Below, piece by piece: positions 62,040-64,000 of a DNA stretch of 64,000 bases; the first letter of the stretch is position 1, and each line of letters begins with the position of its first letter. The stretch is taken from contig NC_057719.1 in NCBI RefSeq assembly GCF_004010195.1, positions 47,741,808 to 47,805,807 on the forward strand. The letters are read 5' to 3'. Under the pieces are notes generated by a model. It was given only the letters and a program-made list of their open reading frames with translations, was not told where the DNA came from and did no database searches. The translations under genes were made by a program, and so were the position numbers. The DNA is from Chiloscyllium plagiosum. Taxonomy: Eukaryota.

Positions 62040-63665
62040 AGATAAGTCCCCAAGGCCAAAGTTACAATGCGAAGTGAGGAATGAGATTGCTGTGCCTCTG
62101 GTGATGATCTTTGCATCCTCACTCTCCACGGGAGTAGTGCTGGATGATGGAGAATGGCAATTGTTCCTCTGTTCAAGAAAGGGGATTAGGGAAATCCCTG
62201 AGAATTACAGACCAGTCAGTTGTACATCTGTGGTAAGCAAGGTACTGGAAAGGATTCTGAGAGATAGGGTTCATGACTATTTGGAAAAACATAGTTAATT
62301 AAAGGTAGTCAGCATGGTTTTGTGAGGGGCAGGTCATGCCTCACAAGCTTTATCAAGAGACGGGACAAGTTGACGAAGATTGAGCAGTGGATGTGGTGTA
62401 TATGGATTTCAGTAAGCGTACTTGATAAGGTCCCCCACAGTAGGCTCATTCAGAAAGTTAGAAGTTATGGGATACAGGAAAATTGGCTGGCCAAAAGAAG
62501 ATAGCAAGTGGTAGTGGAAGGAAAGCATTTGCCTGGATGTTGGTGACCAGTGGTATACGCAGTGATCTGTTCTTGAGCCTCTGCTCTTTGTAGTTTTTAT
62601 AAATGACTTGGATGAAGAAGTGGAAGGGTGGGTTAGTAAGTTTGCTGATGATGCAAAGGTCGGTGGTGTTGTAGATAGTGTTGAGGGTTGTTGCAGGCTA
62701 AAACAAGACATTAACAGGATGCAGAACTGGGCTGAGAAGTGGTAGATGGAGTTCAACCTGGATAAATGTGAAGTGATTAATTTTGGAAGGTCAAACTCGA
62801 ATGCTGAATGCAGGGTTAAAGATAGGTTTCTTCATCGTGTGGAGGAACAGCAGGATCTTGGAGTCCACGTACATAGATGCATCAAAGTTCCCACCCACGT
62901 CGATAGGGTTGTTAAGAAGGCATATGGTGTTTTGGCTTTCATTAACAGGGGGATTGAGTTTAAGAGCCGCAAGGTTTTGCTGCAGCTCTATAAAACCTGG
63001 TCAGACCACACTTGGAATATTGTTTCCAGTTCTCGTCGCCTCATTACAGGAAGGATGTAGATGCTTTAGAGACGGTGCAGAGGAGATTTACCACTATGCT
63101 GTCTAGATTGGAGGGCATCCTTATGTAGAGAGGTTGAGTGAGCTAGGGCATTTCACACTGGAGTAAAGAAGGAAGAGAGGTGACTTGATAGAGGTGTACA
63201 AAGTAATGAGAGGCATAGACAGTGTAGATAGCCAGACATTTTTCTCCAATACAGAAATGGCTGTCACAAAGGGTCATAATTTTAAGATGATTGGAGGAAT
63301 GTTTAGATGAGATGTCAGAGGTAGGTTTTTTATGCAGAGAGTGTGGCTGCATGGAATACACTGCCAGCGGCGGTGGTAGAGTCAGAGACATTTAAGCGAC
63401 TGCTGGTCCAGCACATAGGGGGCAGGAAATTGACAGGTGTGTAGATTAGGGGGGAAAGTGAGGACTGCAGATGCTGGAGATCAGAGCTGAAAATGTGTTG
63501 CTGGAAAAGCGCAGCAGGTCAGGCAGCATCCAAGGAGCAGGAGAATCGACGTTTCGGGCATGAGCCCTTCTTCAGGTGTGTAGGTTCGGTTGATTTTAGA
63601 TAAAGATAAATGCTTAGCACAACATGATGGGCCGAAGAGCCTGTACTGTGCTGTCCTGTTCTATG
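62040..63665 (+). mobile_element. CR1-clade LINE fragment interrupted by a hammerhead-bearing unit
   Basis: PENYRPVS, GRSCLT and FADDAK motifs; 3' tail. Confidence 0.88.
63548..63575 (-). ncRNA. Minimal type-I hammerhead ribozyme motif (intact core) in a ~125-bp insertion (63451-63575)
   Basis: CUGAAGA-A-GGGC-UCAU-GCCC-GAAAC-GUC. Imperfect TSD caggtgtgtag(a/g)tt(a/c)gg. Confidence 0.7.
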
Positions 63666-64000
63666 TAATTTACTGTATGCGGGATTTCAAAATACGCTGT
63701 TCACAGATCTGGATGGGATTCTGAATGGAGTGTCAGTGTGGACTCAATGGGCCAAATGGCCTTTTTCCACATTGTAGAAATTCTATGAAAAAGTGCATCT
63801 CCCAAATGACTATGCCATATTTGCCAGATTCACTTTATAACTGAAGAGACCACTCAGATTGAGAGAGTCCTTGGATTTTTTTGCTCTGGCTGGTCAAACC
63901 TCCCACAGATTGGGCTCGATGAAGAGACTTTGCAGACAAGTTGTAATGTTTAAACATCCCCTTCCAAATCCATTTTAATTTAGATTCCTCCTCTCTCCCT

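Overview
Eukaryotic, repeat-rich vertebrate genomic DNA. The SINE/CR1/Penelope repeat families point to a shark (inference). There is one 306-N gap at 8633-8938. Two spliced protein-coding genes can be rebuilt by hand, and the ORF track mostly misses them. (1) A minus-strand organic solute transporter alpha-like (SLC51A/OSTa-like) gene: four coding exons at 16221-16173, 5041-4887, 2673-2600 and 2518-2360, containing the GPCCCCC motif; the gene runs off the left edge. (2) A complete plus-strand galectin-3-like gene of about 219 aa: ATG at 35963, a 12-nt microexon, a Trp-containing Pro/Gly repeat exon and three CRD exons, ending at 58427. The rest is mostly decayed CR1 LINEs, tRNA-derived SINEs, two abutting Ty3/Gypsy relics (one with Gmr1-like integrase-before-RT order) and Penelope-like elements. 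Most notable: about a dozen minimal hammerhead ribozyme motifs from three Penelope-related families, some as short TSD-flanked units; a ~0.9-kb near-perfect inverted duplication, a G-quadruplex-type 38-bp minisatellite and templated insertions around the galectin first exon; a non-canonical galectin sugar-binding motif (HFSARF); and a divergent OSTa paralog candidate. Repeat boundaries are approximate and were read by eye.
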